Source of the DNA: an uncultured delta proteobacterium
GTDB taxonomy: Bacteria > Myxococcota > UBA727 > VGSZ01
Direction: 5' to 3'
Assembly (NCBI GenBank): GCA_963775425.1
Contig: CAVZJB010000016.1
Location: 480,001-544,000, forward strand
DNA length: 64,000 nt
Shown here: positions 1 to 12,744 of the stretch, one piece after another
Numbering within the stretch: the stretch's first letter is position 1
How the letters are laid out: the number at the start of each line of letters is the position of its first letter
Program-made: the position numbers and the translations under genes
Notes under the pieces: generated by a model
Told to the model about the DNA's origin: nothing
Seen by the model: the letters and a program-made list of their open reading frames with translations, nothing else
Databases searched by the model: none

Positions 1-2
1 GC

Positions 3-179
3 GCCAAGTTCACGGTGGTCACCGCCGTCCCCGACGGCAAAGGCATGAAGCTCGCGACCAAGCAGGGCGACCCCGCCACGGTGCTCAAGCCCACCGGCGA
101 CGGCAGCGTCGCGCTCTCCGTGACGCTCACCTACACCGTGAGCGCCGCCGACATCGTGGGCGCCGCCACCGGCAACTGA
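3..179 (+). CDS. 3' end of a CDS entering from the window edge (hypothetical, beta-rich)
   Basis: Open frame AKFTVVTAVPDGKGMK...GAATGN* with strong GC3 bias, TGA at 177-179. Confidence 0.6.
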   Translation, partial: AKFTVVTAVPDGKGMKLATKQGDPATVLKPTGDGSVALSVTLTYTVSAADIVGAATGN

Positions 180-204
180 CGCGCCTGCTCGTGGGCGCGC
201 GCCT

Positions 205-915
205 CTACGCCGGTGGCGCGGGGGCGCGCGCGCCGGCCTCGAGGCCCGAGTCGCTCAGGCCGTTGCTGTCGAGGTGCAGCCGGCGGCGGAAGCGCTCCGC
301 GAGCCGCGGGTTGTGCGTGACCACGAGCGCGGTGATGCCGCGCTCCTTGTTGAGGCGCTCGATGATCTCGTGGATGCCGGCGCCGGTGTTCTCGTCGAGG
401 TTGCCGGTGGGCTCGTCGGCGAGGAGCACCTTGGGCTCGTTCATCAACGCCCGCGCGAGAGCCACGCGCTGCTGCTCGCCACCGGACAGCTCGCCGGGGC
501 GGTGCTCGAGCCGGTGCGCGAGCCCCACCTCGGCCAGGAGCTCCTTGGCGCGCTTCTCCGCCACCGACACGGGGATCCGCTGGACGCGCGCCGGCATCAT
601 GGTGTTGTCGAGCGCGGAGAACTCCGGAAGCAGGTGGTGGAACTGGAAGACGAAGCCGATGTAGCGGTTGCGGAACCGCGCGACGGCCGCCGGCGGCTGC
701 GTCCAGATGTCCCTGTCGTCGTAGATGACGTTTCCGCCCGAGGGCACGTCGAGGGTGCCGAGCACGTGCAGCAGCGTGGACTTGCCCACGCCCGACGGCC
801 CCGTCAGCGACACGTACTCGCCGCTCTCAATGACGACGTCGATGTCGCGCAACACGGGGATCTCGTTTTCCCCGAGCCAATAGCTCTTCGACAGACGCTT
901 GATCTCGATCTTCAT
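205..915 (-). CDS. lolD: Lipoprotein-releasing ABC transporter ATP-binding protein LolD
   Basis: Walker [27 protein letters not shown] LolD signature, [18 protein letters not shown]; follows lolC/E. Confidence 0.92.
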   Translation of the reverse strand: MKIEIKRLSKSYWLGENEIPVLRDIDVVIESGEYVSLTGPSGVGKSTLLHVLGTLDVPSGGNVIYDDRDIWTQPPAAVARFRNRYIGFVFQFHHLLPEFSALDNTMMPARVQRIPVSVAEKRAKELLAEVGLAHRLEHRPGELSGGEQQRVALARALMNEPKVLLADEPTGNLDENTGAGIHEIIERLNKERGITALVVTHNPRLAERFRRRLHLDSNGLSDSGLEAGARAPAPPA

Positions 916-952
916 GGCGCCCTGCCGGCGTCGAGGGGGGTCGTCGTCGGAG

Positions 953-3028
953 TCATTCGTACCTCAGGCCCTCGACGGGGCGGAGACGCGCGGCGAGCAG
1001 CGCCGGATAGATGGTGGCGAGGTACGAGAGCACCACGGCGGCCGCGCCGACGAGCACCACCTCGAAGGGCTCGACGTGGACCGGCAGCGCGGTGATGTAA
1101 TAGACGTCCGGGTCCAGGCCTATGCCGAACTTGGCTATCAAGAAGCACACAGCCAGCCCGGCGATGATGCCCACCGCCGTTCCCAATGTGCCGACTATCA
1201 CCCCGTATGTGATGAATATCTTCATGATGGCCGTGTCGGTGGCCCCCATGGTCTTGAGGATGGATATCTCCTTCGACTTCTCGATGACGAAGACGATCAA
1301 CGTGGCCGCGATGAGGAAGCTGGCCACGATGATGATGAAGGTGAGGATGATGAACATGGCGATCTTTTCGAGCTTCAGCGCCGAAAAGAGGTTCCGGTTC
1401 ATCTCCATCCAGTCCTTGGTGCGGTACGGGTAACCGCCCAGGGTCTTCATCATCTCGTGCGCGACCGCCTGGGCGGCGTCGACGTCGTGGAGCTTGTACT
1501 CGACGCCGGTGACCGCGCCCTTGAGCGTGAAGAAGTCCTGCGCCTGCGCGAGCTGGATGTAGATGAACTTGGAGTCGTACTCGTACATCCCCGAGTAGAA
1601 GATGCCTGCCACGCGGAAGGCGCGCGCCTTGGGCACCGGCCCCGTGGGTCCGAGCTCGCCGACGGGGCTCACGACGTTGATGACGTCACCGACGAACACC
1701 TTGAGGTTCTTGGACATCTCGGCGCCGATGACGATGCCGGGGATGTTCTCCGCCGCGGTGTCGGGCACGACGCCCTTGGTGGCGGCTTTGAGCGCAGCGT
1801 CGAGCTGACCCGTGGCCGCGGTCGGCCCGGGCGGCGCGTGTGTCGGCGCCGCGTGCGGCGACGTCGCCGGCCCGTCGTCCGCCGGTTTGCCGCCGTCGAC
1901 GTCCGGCGTGTCGACGTCGGGCACGGGGGCGGCGATGGGCTTCGGAATCTTGTCCGGGTGATCGAGGTAGTCGAGGCTCCCCTTGGTCATCTCGGAGCGC
2001 AGCACCGTCACCGAGTCCACCGTGGGCACGTCGATGCCCTTCAACAGCGCGCCCGTGATGTTGGAGTCGGAGCTGACCATCACCTCGTTGAGCACGAACG
2101 GCGTGGCGCCGGCGACGCCCTTGAGCTTGGTGGTCTTGTCGATGACGTCTTCGTACTCGGTGAAGTCGCTGCCGTACTTGAGCACGAGGAGGTGGGCGTT
2201 GGCGCCGAAGATCTTCTGGCGCAGGTCCGTGGAGAAGCCGTTCATCACGCTCATGACGACGACCATGGCGCACGTGCCGACGGCGACCGCGAGCACCGAG
2301 ATGACGGTGATGATGCCGACGACGCTGTCGCCGCGCTTGCCCATGAGGAAGCGCCGGCCGATGAAGCTCTCGTAGCTCCACGAGACCTCGGTCTCGCCGT
2401 CGCCGGTGAACAGGTAGCCGATGGACCCGCCGAGCACGAGCATGAGCAAGAGGACGAGGCAGCCGGTGATGAGGATGACGGCGAAGTACGCGGGCGCGGT
2501 GCCGTAGGTGAACATCTCGATGACCGAGCCCGACGCGAGCACCGGCACCAAGGACGCGAGGCCGGTGACCCAAAGCGCCTCGAGGAAGGCCACGCGGTGC
2601 GCGAGCAACGACATCACGACGCCGAGCACGAAGCCGCCGAGGAGGAGCGCGCGGATCACGGGGCCCTGCATGGGCTCGCCCGAGACGCCGTGGGCGCGGG
2701 CGTACAGGAAGGCGCCCGCCATGCACGCGACGACGCCGACGAAGCCGACGACGACGGCGAGCACCGAGAGGCCGCCCGACGACCCCGACTTGAGGAAGCC
2801 GCCGCCGCGGGCGCGCAGCTCCGCCGGGGGGTGCAGGAGCGCCGCGATGACGGCGATGGGCGCGGTGACGACGGGGAACGGCGGGAAGGCCATGGCCACC
2901 GCGAGCCCGATGGGCCAGCCCCGCAGCGTGGCCGCGCGCACCGTGGTGGCTGCGAGCGCGAGCAGGAGGAACGCGGCTGCGACGCCGAGGGCAGCCAGGA
3001 CGTTCACGGGCTCTTGGATCATGAGCAC
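953..3028 (-). CDS. lolE: LolC/E family lipoprotein-releasing ABC permease with N-terminal membrane extension
   Basis: ISVLAVAVG...[54 protein letters not shown]. Confidence 0.88.
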   Translation of the reverse strand: MLMIQEPVNVLAALGVAAAFLLLALAATTVRAATLRGWPIGLAVAMAFPPFPVVTAPIAVIAALLHPPAELRARGGGFLKSGSSGGLSVLAVVVGFVGVVACMAGAFLYARAHGVSGEPMQGPVIRALLLGGFVLGVVMSLLAHRVAFLEALWVTGLASLVPVLASGSVIEMFTYGTAPAYFAVILITGCLVLLLMLVLGGSIGYLFTGDGETEVSWSYESFIGRRFLMGKRGDSVVGIITVISVLAVAVGTCAMVVVMSVMNGFSTDLRQKIFGANAHLLVLKYGSDFTEYEDVIDKTTKLKGVAGATPFVLNEVMVSSDSNITGALLKGIDVPTVDSVTVLRSEMTKGSLDYLDHPDKIPKPIAAPVPDVDTPDVDGGKPADDGPATSPHAAPTHAPPGPTAATGQLDAALKAATKGVVPDTAAENIPGIVIGAEMSKNLKVFVGDVINVVSPVGELGPTGPVPKARAFRVAGIFYSGMYEYDSKFIYIQLAQAQDFFTLKGAVTGVEYKLHDVDAAQAVAHEMMKTLGGYPYRTKDWMEMNRNLFSALKLEKIAMFIILTFIIIVASFLIAATLIVFVIEKSKEISILKTMGATDTAIMKIFITYGVIVGTLGTAVGIIAGLAVCFLIAKFGIGLDPDVYYITALPVHVEPFEVVLVGAAAVVLSYLATIYPALLAARLRPVEGLRYE

Positions 3029-3094
3029 CCTGTACCGACAACGGCGCCGGCTGCCAACGTATTCACCCGCGCCCGACGGGGCTCGCCTCCGCCG

Positions 3095-5026
3095 CTACGA
3101 CGAGCCGAGGCGGCGCATTTGCGGGAACAAGATCACGTCGCGGATGGATTGTTGGTTGGTCAACACCATCACGAGGCGATCGATCCCGATCCCGAGGCCG
3201 GCGGTCGGGGGCATCCCGACCTCCAGGGCATGGACGAAGTCGTCGTCGAGGTCGTGGGCCTCTTCGTCGCCGCGCTCCCGGTCGCGGAGCTGCTCGAGGA
3301 AGCGCTGGCGCTGGTCCTGCGGGTCGTTCAGCTCCGAGAACGCGTTGGCGAGCTCCATGCCGGCGACGATGAGCTCGAAGCGATCGACGACGGCGGGGTC
3401 GCCGTCCCGCTTGCGGGCGAGCGGGCTCACGCTCACGGAGAAGTCCGTGATGAACGTGGGGTTCGTGAGCGTGCGCTCGACCTCGTGATCGAACACCGCG
3501 TACAACAGAGACAGCGCGAGCCTGCGCCGGCGCGCGCGCGCCGTGTCGAGCCTGCGTGGGCGCACGTGGATCTCGCCGGTGTCGTCGTCGAAGTCCGAGG
3601 AGCGCACCGCGCGCACGCCCTTGATGGTGTCCTCGCCGCTGGTCTTGACGTCCGCAAGCTCCGGGAGCGACGCCCACGCCTTGTCGAGCGCCGCGCCGAG
3701 GTTCTTGTAGAACGCGTCGCCGCCGCCCTCGCGCGCCGCCTTGGCCCGCTCGGCGATGGAGGCTCCCGAGCCTCCCGAGCCTCCGGGGCCTCCGGGGCCT
3801 CCGGGGCCTCCGGCGCCTTCAGGGCCGTCGGTGAACGGCGACGCGGGCTGCATCCCCGGGATGAGCGCCTGCGCCTCGTCGTCGGACAGCTCGCGCAGCA
3901 CGATGTGGAGCGGCTCGTCCGGCGTGGCGGTGTGACCCACGGCGATGGAGAGCGCCTTCTGCACGCTGTCGATGCCGGTGAGGTCTTCGGCGAGGCCGAG
4001 GTGCTCGCCCACGAGGGCCGCGATGGGCGCGCGGCGCCACGGGCGCTGGAAGTCGACGGTGCGATCCCCGAAGGGGATGCGCTGCCGGCGATCGTGGATC
4101 TCGACGACGAGGTCGGAGACGAGGTCCTCGGTGAGGTCCATCATGTCGGTGTAGGTGGCGTACGCCTGGTAGACCTCGATGGACGTGAACTCCGGGTTGT
4201 GCCGCGTGGACACTCCCTCGTTCCTGAAGTTCCGGCCGATCTCGTACACGCGCTCGAGCCCGCCGACGACGAGCCGCTTCAGGTGCAGCTCGGTGGCGAT
4301 GCGCATGTACAGGTCCTGCCCGAGCGCGTTGTGGTGCGTGTGGAACGGCTTGGCCGCCGCGCCGCCCGCGATGTCCTGCAGGATGGGCGTGTCCACCTCG
4401 AGGAACCCGCGCCGGTCCAGGTAGCTCTGGATGCCGCGCACGATGCGCGCGCGGGTGCGGAACACGCGCCTCACGTCGGGGTTCACGATGAGGTCGACGT
4501 ACCGCTGGCGGTAGCGCTGCTCGACGTCGGCGAGGCCGAAGTGCTGCGACGGGATGGGGTACAGCGACTTGGTGAGCACGCGGAGGCCGTCGGCCGCGAC
4601 CGACAGCTCACCCGTCTTCGTCTTCATCGGCGTCCCGGCCACGCCGAGGAAGTCGCCGATGTCGAGGAGCTTGAGCTGCTCGTAGGTGCGCTCACCGACG
4701 CGGTTGAGCTTCACGAACACCTGGAGGTCGCCCGAGGCGTCGCGCAGCCCGAGGAACGTGACCTTGCCCTGCGAGCGCCGCCACATCACGCGCCCGGCGA
4801 GCGTGCAGACGGTGCTGACCTTCTCGAGGTCCTCGGCGGTGTGCGAGCCGTACTCCGCGCGGAATTCGTCGCAGGAAATCTCGGGACGGAAGTCGTTGGC
4901 GTACGGGTCGAGGCCGCCTTCGCGGATCTTGGCGGCCTTCTCCATCCGCTGCTTCACCAACCGATGGATGTCGGTCTCGTCGTCGCCGGAGTCAGGGGGA
5001 TCGCCCACGTTGGCCATCGTCGTCAT
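3095..5026 (-). CDS. lysS: Lysine--tRNA ligase (class II) with large insertion
   Basis: OB anticodon domain, [64 protein letters not shown]. Confidence 0.97.
   Translation of the reverse strand: MTTMANVGDPPDSGDDETDIHRLVKQRMEKAAKIREGGLDPYANDFRPEISCDEFRAEYGSHTAEDLEKVSTVCTLAGRVMWRRSQGKVTFLGLRDASGDLQVFVKLNRVGERTYEQLKLLDIGDFLGVAGTPMKTKTGELSVAADGLRVLTKSLYPIPSQHFGLADVEQRYRQRYVDLIVNPDVRRVFRTRARIVRGIQSYLDRRGFLEVDTPILQDIAGGAAAKPFHTHHNALGQDLYMRIATELHLKRLVVGGLERVYEIGRNFRNEGVSTRHNPEFTSIEVYQAYATYTDMMDLTEDLVSDLVVEIHDRRQRIPFGDRTVDFQRPWRRAPIAALVGEHLGLAEDLTGIDSVQKALSIAVGHTATPDEPLHIVLRELSDDEAQALIPGMQPASPFTDGPEGAGGPGGPGGPGGSGGSGASIAERAKAAREGGGDAFYKNLGAALDKAWASLPELADVKTSGEDTIKGVRAVRSSDFDDDTGEIHVRPRRLDTARARRRRLALSLLYAVFDHEVERTLTNPTFITDFSVSVSPLARKRDGDPAVVDRFELIVAGMELANAFSELNDPQDQRQRFLEQLRDRERGDEEAHDLDDDFVHALEVGMPPTAGLGIGIDRLVMVLTNQQSIRDVILFPQMRRLGSS
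3762..3817. repeat. 9-bp in-frame tandem repeat (GCCTCCGGG / GCCTCCCGA) encoding [15 protein letters not shown] in lysS
   Basis: Directly visible repeat units. Confidence 0.8.
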
Positions 5027-5063
5027 ATGCCACGGTCGTGACCCGGGGCCAACACGGCGGGGG

Positions 5064-5777
5064 CTAATCTTCGAATCGGATCGCCCAGACCTTGGTCACC
5101 GCCTCCGCGATGATGCCCGCGCTCATCTTGCTGCGCCCCGCGACCCGCTCGTAAAAGACGATGGGGATTTCCTTGATGCGGAACCCCTTCTTGTACGCGA
5201 GGTACGTGAGCTCGATCTGGAACGCGTAGCCCGTGGTGTCGATGGCGTCGAGGTCGATGGCCTCGAGCACCTCGCGGCGGAAGAGCTTGAAGCCGCCGGT
5301 GAGGTCCTTCACCGGGATCTTGAGGATGCCGCGCGCGTACAGGGAGCCGCCGCGCGACACGCAGCGCCTGACGAGGCCCCAGTTCTCGGTGCCGCCGCCG
5401 TCGACGTAGCGGGAGCCGAGCACGAGGTCGGCGTTCTCGCTCGCCCGCAGGAGCTCCGGCAGGTAGCGGGGCTGGTGCGAGAAGTCCGCGTCCATCTCGA
5501 TGAGCTTCTCGTAGCCGCGCTGGAGCCCCCAGCGAAACGCCGCGATGTACGCCGTGCCGAGGCCGAGCTTGGCGGGCCGGTGCAGCACGTGCACGCGCGG
5601 CTCGCGGGCGGCGATGAGGTCGGCGACGCGGCCGGTGCCGTCGGGGCTGTTGTCGTCGATGACGAGCACGTCGACGGCGACGGTGTGCAGGATCTCCTCG
5701 ATGAGCGACGAGAGGTTCTCGCGCTCGTTGTACGTGGGCAGGCATACGAGCGCTGCGCTCTTCGGGGGCTCGTGCAT
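5064..5777 (-). CDS. Polyprenol monophosphomannose synthase-like GT2 glycosyltransferase
   Basis: [49 protein letters not shown]. Confidence 0.9.
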   Translation of the reverse strand: MHEPPKSAALVCLPTYNERENLSSLIEEILHTVAVDVLVIDDNSPDGTGRVADLIAAREPRVHVLHRPAKLGLGTAYIAAFRWGLQRGYEKLIEMDADFSHQPRYLPELLRASENADLVLGSRYVDGGGTENWGLVRRCVSRGGSLYARGILKIPVKDLTGGFKLFRREVLEAIDLDAIDTTGYAFQIELTYLAYKKGFRIKEIPIVFYERVAGRSKMSAGIIAEAVTKVWAIRFED

Positions 5778-5793
5778 TCAAGGCGCTGTTACG

Positions 5794-7307
<1,514 letters not shown>

Positions 7308-7311
<4 letters not shown>

Positions 7312-8327
7312 GACACCCCCTCGGCGCGGGCGGCCCGCGCGGGGCGGCCGGTCACGGTGAGGAACAAAGCCTCGAGGTTGATCTTCTCGGGCACGAGCTG
7401 CACCACGCCGACCCCGGCGTCGACGAGCGCGCGCGCCATGCGCGCCTGCACCGCGGGCGGGCCTTCGACGGTGCACGCGAGCATCTGGCCGTCGGCGAAG
7501 ACGTCGACGACGCCTGCGACGGCGCGCACGGCGTCCGCGGCGGCGCCCGCGTCGCCGTCGACCTCCACGAGGACGCGCCGCGGCATCTCGTTGCCGCCGC
7601 CGAGGGCGCGCAACAGGTCGTCGATGCGGCCGGCGGCGGCGACGCGCCCGCGCTCGAGGACGACGACGGAGTCGCAGAAGTCGCCGAGCTCGCTGAGGAT
7701 GTGCGAGGAGACGAGGACGGTCTTGCCGCGCGCGCCGAGCTTCTTCAAGAGCTCCTTGAGCTCGATGCGCGCGCGCGGGTCGAGCCCGCTGGCCGGCTCG
7801 TCGAGGAGGAGGACCGCCGGGTCGTGCAGGAGCGCGCGGGCGACGCACACGCGCTGCGTCTGGCCGCGCGACAAGCCGGCCGCGGGCCTGTCCACGATGG
7901 CGGCGAGGCCACACAGACCCACGACGTCGTCGAGGGCGCGCCGGCGCGCGGCGCGCGGCAGGCCCGACGCCGCCGCGAAGAACGCGAGCAGCTCGCGCAC
8001 CGAGAGCGCGTCGTACAGCGGCGCGTGGTCGGGGACGAAGCCGAGCCGCTTCCGCACCTCGAGGGGCGCCTCGCGCACGGAGGCGCCGGCGACGCGGGCT
8101 TCGCCGGCGAAGTCCTCGTCGAGGGTGGCCAGGATGGACATCAGGGTGGTCTTGCCCGCGCCGTTCGGGCCCACGAGGCCGCAGAGCGCGCCGGCCGGGA
8201 GCGAGAAGCTCACGCCGTCGAGCGCGCGCGTCCCTTCGTAGGAGCGGGACACGGCCTGAACCTCGAGAGCGACGGCGACGGCGCCCGCGGCGGCGCCGAC
8301 GGTGACGGGCGCGGCGGCGGCGCTCAC
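7308..8327 (-). CDS. ABC transporter ATP-binding protein
   Basis: GPNGAGKTT, LSRGQTQR, LLLDEPASGLDP, SSHILSEL. Confidence 0.92.
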
Positions 8328-10030
8328 GGGGCCCCCCGCGCCGGCTGCGCGCGCAGCTCGACGCCGAGGAGGGCGCCGTCGGCGCGCCGGGCGACGGCGG
8401 CGCCGCAGGCGTGAGACGGGGGTTCCGCGGGCGCGCCCGCGTCGCGGTCGCGCTCGCAGCCGGCGACGATCTCGCGCACGAGGCGCTGCTCGGGGACGGG
8501 GAGCGCGGTGAACGCGCCGCTGTAGGGGACGCCGGACTCGATCACGGCGGTGGCCTTCGCGCCGTGCGCGGGGACGCCGCGCGCGAAGCGCCAGGGGCCG
8601 TCGAGCAGCACGGCGTCGAGGGGCTCCTCGAGCCCGTCTTTGACGACGTCACCGCTGAGCTGCACCGCGCCCGGACGCGGCGACGGCCGGCTCCACACGC
8701 CGACGAGGCCCGCGTCGGAGCGGACCTCCATGGCCGCGCGGGTGTCGTCCAGGCTGCCGGCGGGCGCACGGAGCTCGGCGTGGCTGCCGCTGGTCTCGCC
8801 GACGAGCGTGACCGCGACGAGCGGCGCCGCGCCGTGCACCTCGGTCACGGCGTTGCTGCGCGGCCGCGCGGCGTCGACGCCGGTCTCCCACGACGCGTCG
8901 GGGCCGGTCCACGTCACCACGCGGGCGCGCGCCTCGCGCGGGACGGTGGCGATCTTCAGGACCCACAGCGCCGCGCACGTCGCGACGGCGACGGCCGCGG
9001 CGCGCAGGAGCACCGCGCGCCACGCGCTCCGTCGCCGCCCGCGCACGAGCACGACGACCACGGCGAGCAGGCCCGCGAGCGCCAACGCGAACGCCGCGCC
9101 GCGCGGCGGCGCCACCGCGAGCGCCACCGCCGCCGTGTGCACCGCCGGGAGCCCGTCGACGTCGAGCATCTGTGGCCACGACCACAGGCTCGGCCGCGCG
9201 GCCAGCACGCTCGCCAGCGCGCCGTCCGCGTCCGCGCCGGGCGCGAGGCGAACGACGAGGCCGGCGCCCGCGGGCGCGGCGACGGTGCCCTCGGGCACCG
9301 TGAGGGTCAGCGGGGCGCCGTCGTCGAGCGCGGCCGCCGGCGCCGCCTCGACGGCGCTCGTCGACGACGACGGGTCGGCGCCCCGCCCGCCGGGGAGCGA
9401 GGGCCGGGTGACGACGCCGCCGCGGGCGACCCAGGCGGCCACGGCGGGCGCGAGCCGCGGGTCGAGCGGGCCGTCGACGATCAGCGCGCTGAAGCCGTCG
9501 AGGAGCCCGGGGTGCGCGACGAGGATCTCGGCGGTGACGGGGATCTCGGAGACGCCGCCGTCCACGACGTCGCGCCCGCCCATCGCGTTGGTCTTTTCCT
9601 GCGGCGCGAGCTGGATGGCGCGCACCCGCGCCCCGGGCTCGAGCGTGGCGACGACGTGCGCGGCACGCACCGTGGGCGAGCAGCAGGTGCGCTCCTCGCC
9701 GGCGGCGCTGAGGCGGGCGTGGATGCCGTCCGGACCCACGGGCGCCTCGACGTCAACGGGCGCGCCGCCGACGACGACGTGCACGGTGTGGCGCACCGCG
9801 CAGCGCCAGCTCGCGCACACGGCGACATCGACGACGCGGGCGCCGCCGCGCTCGACGGCGGGGCTCGCGGTGGCCGAGATGCGCAGGGGCACCCGCAGCG
9901 GGCGCTCGACGGCGGCGACGGCGGGCGTGAAGGTGACCTGCGCGCCGGCGATGTCGACGAGCTGCCTCGGCGCCGCCGCCGCCGGCAGCGCGGCGAGCAG
10001 CAACATCGGGAGGAGGAGCGCCGCGCGCAT
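8324..10030 (-). CDS. Exported/membrane accessory protein of the ABC system (hypothetical)
   Basis: Signal peptide MRAALLLPMLLLAALPAAAA, two internal TM helices, GTGA overlap with the ATPase. Confidence 0.6.
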   Translation of the reverse strand: MRAALLLPMLLLAALPAAAAPRQLVDIAGAQVTFTPAVAAVERPLRVPLRISATASPAVERGGARVVDVAVCASWRCAVRHTVHVVVGGAPVDVEAPVGPDGIHARLSAAGEERTCCSPTVRAAHVVATLEPGARVRAIQLAPQEKTNAMGGRDVVDGGVSEIPVTAEILVAHPGLLDGFSALIVDGPLDPRLAPAVAAWVARGGVVTRPSLPGGRGADPSSSTSAVEAAPAAALDDGAPLTLTVPEGTVAAPAGAGLVVRLAPGADADGALASVLAARPSLWSWPQMLDVDGLPAVHTAAVALAVAPPRGAAFALALAGLLAVVVVLVRGRRRSAWRAVLLRAAAVAVATCAALWVLKIATVPREARARVVTWTGPDASWETGVDAARPRSNAVTEVHGAAPLVAVTLVGETSGSHAELRAPAGSLDDTRAAMEVRSDAGLVGVWSRPSPRPGAVQLSGDVVKDGLEEPLDAVLLDGPWRFARGVPAHGAKATAVIESGVPYSGAFTALPVPEQRLVREIVAGCERDRDAGAPAEPPSHACGAAVARRADGALLGVELRAQPARGAP

Positions 10031-10098
10031 CAGGGGTGGGAACGGACGATAGCGCCGAAGGATTTCCCGCCCCTGTGCAACGCGCACAGCCGCGCGGC

Positions 10099-11172
10099 TC
10101 AGCCCCGCAGGCGAGCGCGCAGCGGCCGCTCGACGAAGACCAGCACGGCGACGCTGAGGGGGACCGCGATCACCCCCGCGGCGAGCGCCGTGGCCGGCGG
10201 GAGCTCGCGGACGTGCAGCAGCGCGAGCGCCCACAGGAAGACGGGCACGTGCAGCAGGTAGAGCGCGTAGCTGGCGTCACCGAGGAGCCGCATGGGCTTC
10301 GCCGAGAGCGCGCGCGCGACCGGGCCGCCGCCGCCGGCGAGCCCCATGACGACGACGACGAACACGGGCGCGAGCAGCCCGTTGTGCACCACCAGCGACG
10401 GCACCAGGCCCGAGGCGGGCACGGCGACGGTGACGGCGAGCGCGACGAGCGTCGCCCACGCCGGCACGCGGCGCCCGTCGACGAAGAAGCGCGCGGCGGC
10501 GACGCCGACGAGGAAGTCGGGCAGGCGCGCGAGCGGGCTCAGCTTCACGGCGTTCAACCAGGAGCCCTCGTCGACGATGCGCGGGGCGTGGCCGAGGCCG
10601 TCGGGGTCGAGCGCGAGGTAGACGATCGGGAGCGCCAGGCCCGCGAGCCACACCGCCCCCGCGGCGAGCGCGCCGGCGCGCGCGGACATCCGACGGTGCA
10701 GCAGCGGCAGGACGAAGGGGAAGAGCGCATAGAAGAACAGCTCGCACGACAGGGACCACGCGGGAGGGTTCCAGCGCAGCGCCGCCGGCGGCACCCACGC
10801 CTGCAGCCCCGTCGCGACGAGCAGGAGCGAGCGCGCGCCGAGGGCGTCGGTGACGATGCCCTTGCTCCGCGCCGCGGCGCCGATGGGCAAGGCCACCAGC
10901 AGCGCCAGCCAATACACCGGGGCGATGCGGGCGAAACGGGCGCGGGCGAAGGCGCGCTTGTCGTCGACGGCGGGGCCGTAGACCCACGACAACACGAACC
11001 CCGACAGCACGAAGAACAGCGTGACGGCGACAGGGCCGGCGGCGGCGAAGCGCGCGAGCGGCCCGCTCTCGTCGACGACCACGGGGCGCAACGCGTGGTA
11101 GATGACGACGTGAAAAGCGGCGAGGAAGCGCAGCCCCGTGAGCGCCGGCAGGTCCCCGCGCGAGGAGGTCAT
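10099..11172 (-). CDS. Acyltransferase-3 (OafA/YrhL-like) membrane acyltransferase
   Basis: LTGLRFLAA, FFVLSGF, RFARIAP, WSLSCELFFY, LGDASYALYLLH. Confidence 0.9.
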   Translation of the reverse strand: MTSSRGDLPALTGLRFLAAFHVVIYHALRPVVVDESGPLARFAAAGPVAVTLFFVLSGFVLSWVYGPAVDDKRAFARARFARIAPVYWLALLVALPIGAAARSKGIVTDALGARSLLLVATGLQAWVPPAALRWNPPAWSLSCELFFYALFPFVLPLLHRRMSARAGALAAGAVWLAGLALPIVYLALDPDGLGHAPRIVDEGSWLNAVKLSPLARLPDFLVGVAAARFFVDGRRVPAWATLVALAVTVAVPASGLVPSLVVHNGLLAPVFVVVVMGLAGGGGPVARALSAKPMRLLGDASYALYLLHVPVFLWALALLHVRELPPATALAAGVIAVPLSVAVLVFVERPLRARLRG

Positions 11173-11182
11173 GCCGCGCGGC

Positions 11183-11674
11183 TCACGCCGGGCGCTCGCG
11201 GATGGCGGCGGTGATGACCGCTTCGCACGCGCGCTCGCCGTCGACGGTGGCCCTGCCCTGCACCTTGGCGATGGACCTCTTTTGGTGGAGCACCTCGACG
11301 TCGAGGTCGAGGCGGTCGCCGGGCACCACGATGCGGCGGAACTTCACGTCGTCGATGGACATGAGGTACGCGACGTGCGTGGTGGGATCGAAGCCGGAAA
11401 ACGTCGAGGTCAACACCGCCGCCGCCTGCGCCAGCGCCTCGATCTGCAGGACGCCGGGCATCACCGGCAGCCCCGGGAAGTGGCCGTTGAAGAAGGGCTC
11501 GTTGGCGCTCACGTTCTTGTAGGCCTTCACGCGCTTGCCGGGCTCGAGCGCGACGACGCGATCGACGAGCAGGAACGGGTAGCGGTGCGGGAGCACGCGG
11601 GTGATCTCGGCCCAGCGCAGCGGGGTCGACGGCGCGGCCTCCTGCGTGCCGGGCTCTGTGGTGTCATCGCTCAT
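11183..11674 (-). CDS. fabZ: 3-hydroxyacyl-ACP dehydratase FabZ
   Basis: LPHRYPFLLVDRV, EPFFNGHFPGLPVMPGVLQIEALAQ, FRRIVVPGD. Confidence 0.97.
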   Translation of the reverse strand: MSDDTTEPGTQEAAPSTPLRWAEITRVLPHRYPFLLVDRVVALEPGKRVKAYKNVSANEPFFNGHFPGLPVMPGVLQIEALAQAAAVLTSTFSGFDPTTHVAYLMSIDDVKFRRIVVPGDRLDLDVEVLHQKRSIAKVQGRATVDGERACEAVITAAIRERPA

Positions 11675-12701
11675 CGCTTGGCTCCCGGGGTTTTGCTTCG
11701 AGGGCGCGCACGCGCCGCTCGAGGGATTCGAGGTGCTGCATGCGCGCCATGGCGCGCAGCCAGGTCATGTGCGGGATGGCGGGGGTGCCGGAGACCACGG
11801 CGCCGTCGTCGATGCTGCGTGTGACCCCCGCTTGACCGCCGACGCGGGCGCGGGCGCCGACGCTGACGTGCTCCTTGACGCCGGACTGTCCCGCGAGGAC
11901 GGCGCCGGCGCCGATGCGCGCGTCGCCGGCGATGCCGACCTGGGCGATGACGACGACGTTCTCCGCGATGACGACGTCGTGGCCGATCTGCGCGAGGTTG
12001 TCGACCTTGGTGCCGCGGCCCACGCGCGTGTCGCGCAGGACGCCGCGATCGACGCAGACGTTGGCGCCGAGCTCCACGTCGTCCTCGAGGACCACGCCCG
12101 CGACGTGGCGCACGGGGAGGTTCTGGTCGCCGTCCGGCGCATAGACGAAGCCCTCGTCGCCGACGACGCAACCGGGGCCGACGACGACGCGGTCGCCGAG
12201 GCGCGCGCAGCCGAGGACCACGGCGCCGGCGCCGACGCGGCAGTCGCGGCCGACCACGGCGCCGTCGCCGACGTGCGCGAGCGGCCCGATCGACGTGCCT
12301 GCGCCGAGGGTGCAGCGGCCGACGACCGCGAGGGCGCCGACGGCGGCGGCGCCGCCGAGGACCGCGGCCGGGTCCACCACGGCGCTCGGGTGCACCCCCG
12401 CCGCGCGCGGGGCGCCGCCGGCGGGGTGGAGCGCGTCGATGGCGAGGGCGAGCGCGCGCGGCGCCGACGCCGCCGCGAGCACGGCGCACGGGAGCTCGTG
12501 GGCGTGCTCGGCGGCGAAGCCCTCGTCGACGAGGAGCGCCGTGGCCTGCGTCGAAAACGCGGCCTTCCGCTCGGGGGCGGAGTGCGCGAAGCCGACGTCG
12601 CCGGCGCCGGCTTCGTCGACGACGCGGACGCGCCCGACCTCGAGGTCCGCGTCGCCGAGCAGGCGCGCCCCGATCCGTTCCGCGAGGTCCGACAGCTTCA
12701 T
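11664..12701 (-). CDS. lpxD: UDP-3-O-acylglucosamine N-acyltransferase LpxD
   Basis: MKLSDLAERIG start, hexapeptide repeats, GTKVDNLAQIGHDV, VSGTPA; between skp and fabZ. Confidence 0.92.
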   Translation of the reverse strand: MKLSDLAERIGARLLGDADLEVGRVRVVDEAGAGDVGFAHSAPERKAAFSTQATALLVDEGFAAEHAHELPCAVLAAASAPRALALAIDALHPAGGAPRAAGVHPSAVVDPAAVLGGAAAVGALAVVGRCTLGAGTSIGPLAHVGDGAVVGRDCRVGAGAVVLGCARLGDRVVVGPGCVVGDEGFVYAPDGDQNLPVRHVAGVVLEDDVELGANVCVDRGVLRDTRVGRGTKVDNLAQIGHDVVIAENVVVIAQVGIAGDARIGAGAVLAGQSGVKEHVSVGARARVGGQAGVTRSIDDGAVVSGTPAIPHMTWLRAMARMQHLESLERRVRALEAKPREPSDER

Positions 12702-12744
12702 GGCCCGCCTGCGCGTGCCTCCGGAGGCGGGGGCCACCCGCGCC

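Noticed and set aside
3520-3940. Intein in lysS
   Set aside because: No C/S start with HN-C/S/T end, and no LAGLIDADG motif.
899-5041. Very long antisense ORFs (899..5041 +, 28526..31957 +, 32000..34996 +, 51769..56073 +)
   Set aside because: Shadow frames of real GC3-biased genes on the opposite strand; Arg/Gly/Ala/Val-rich with no motifs.
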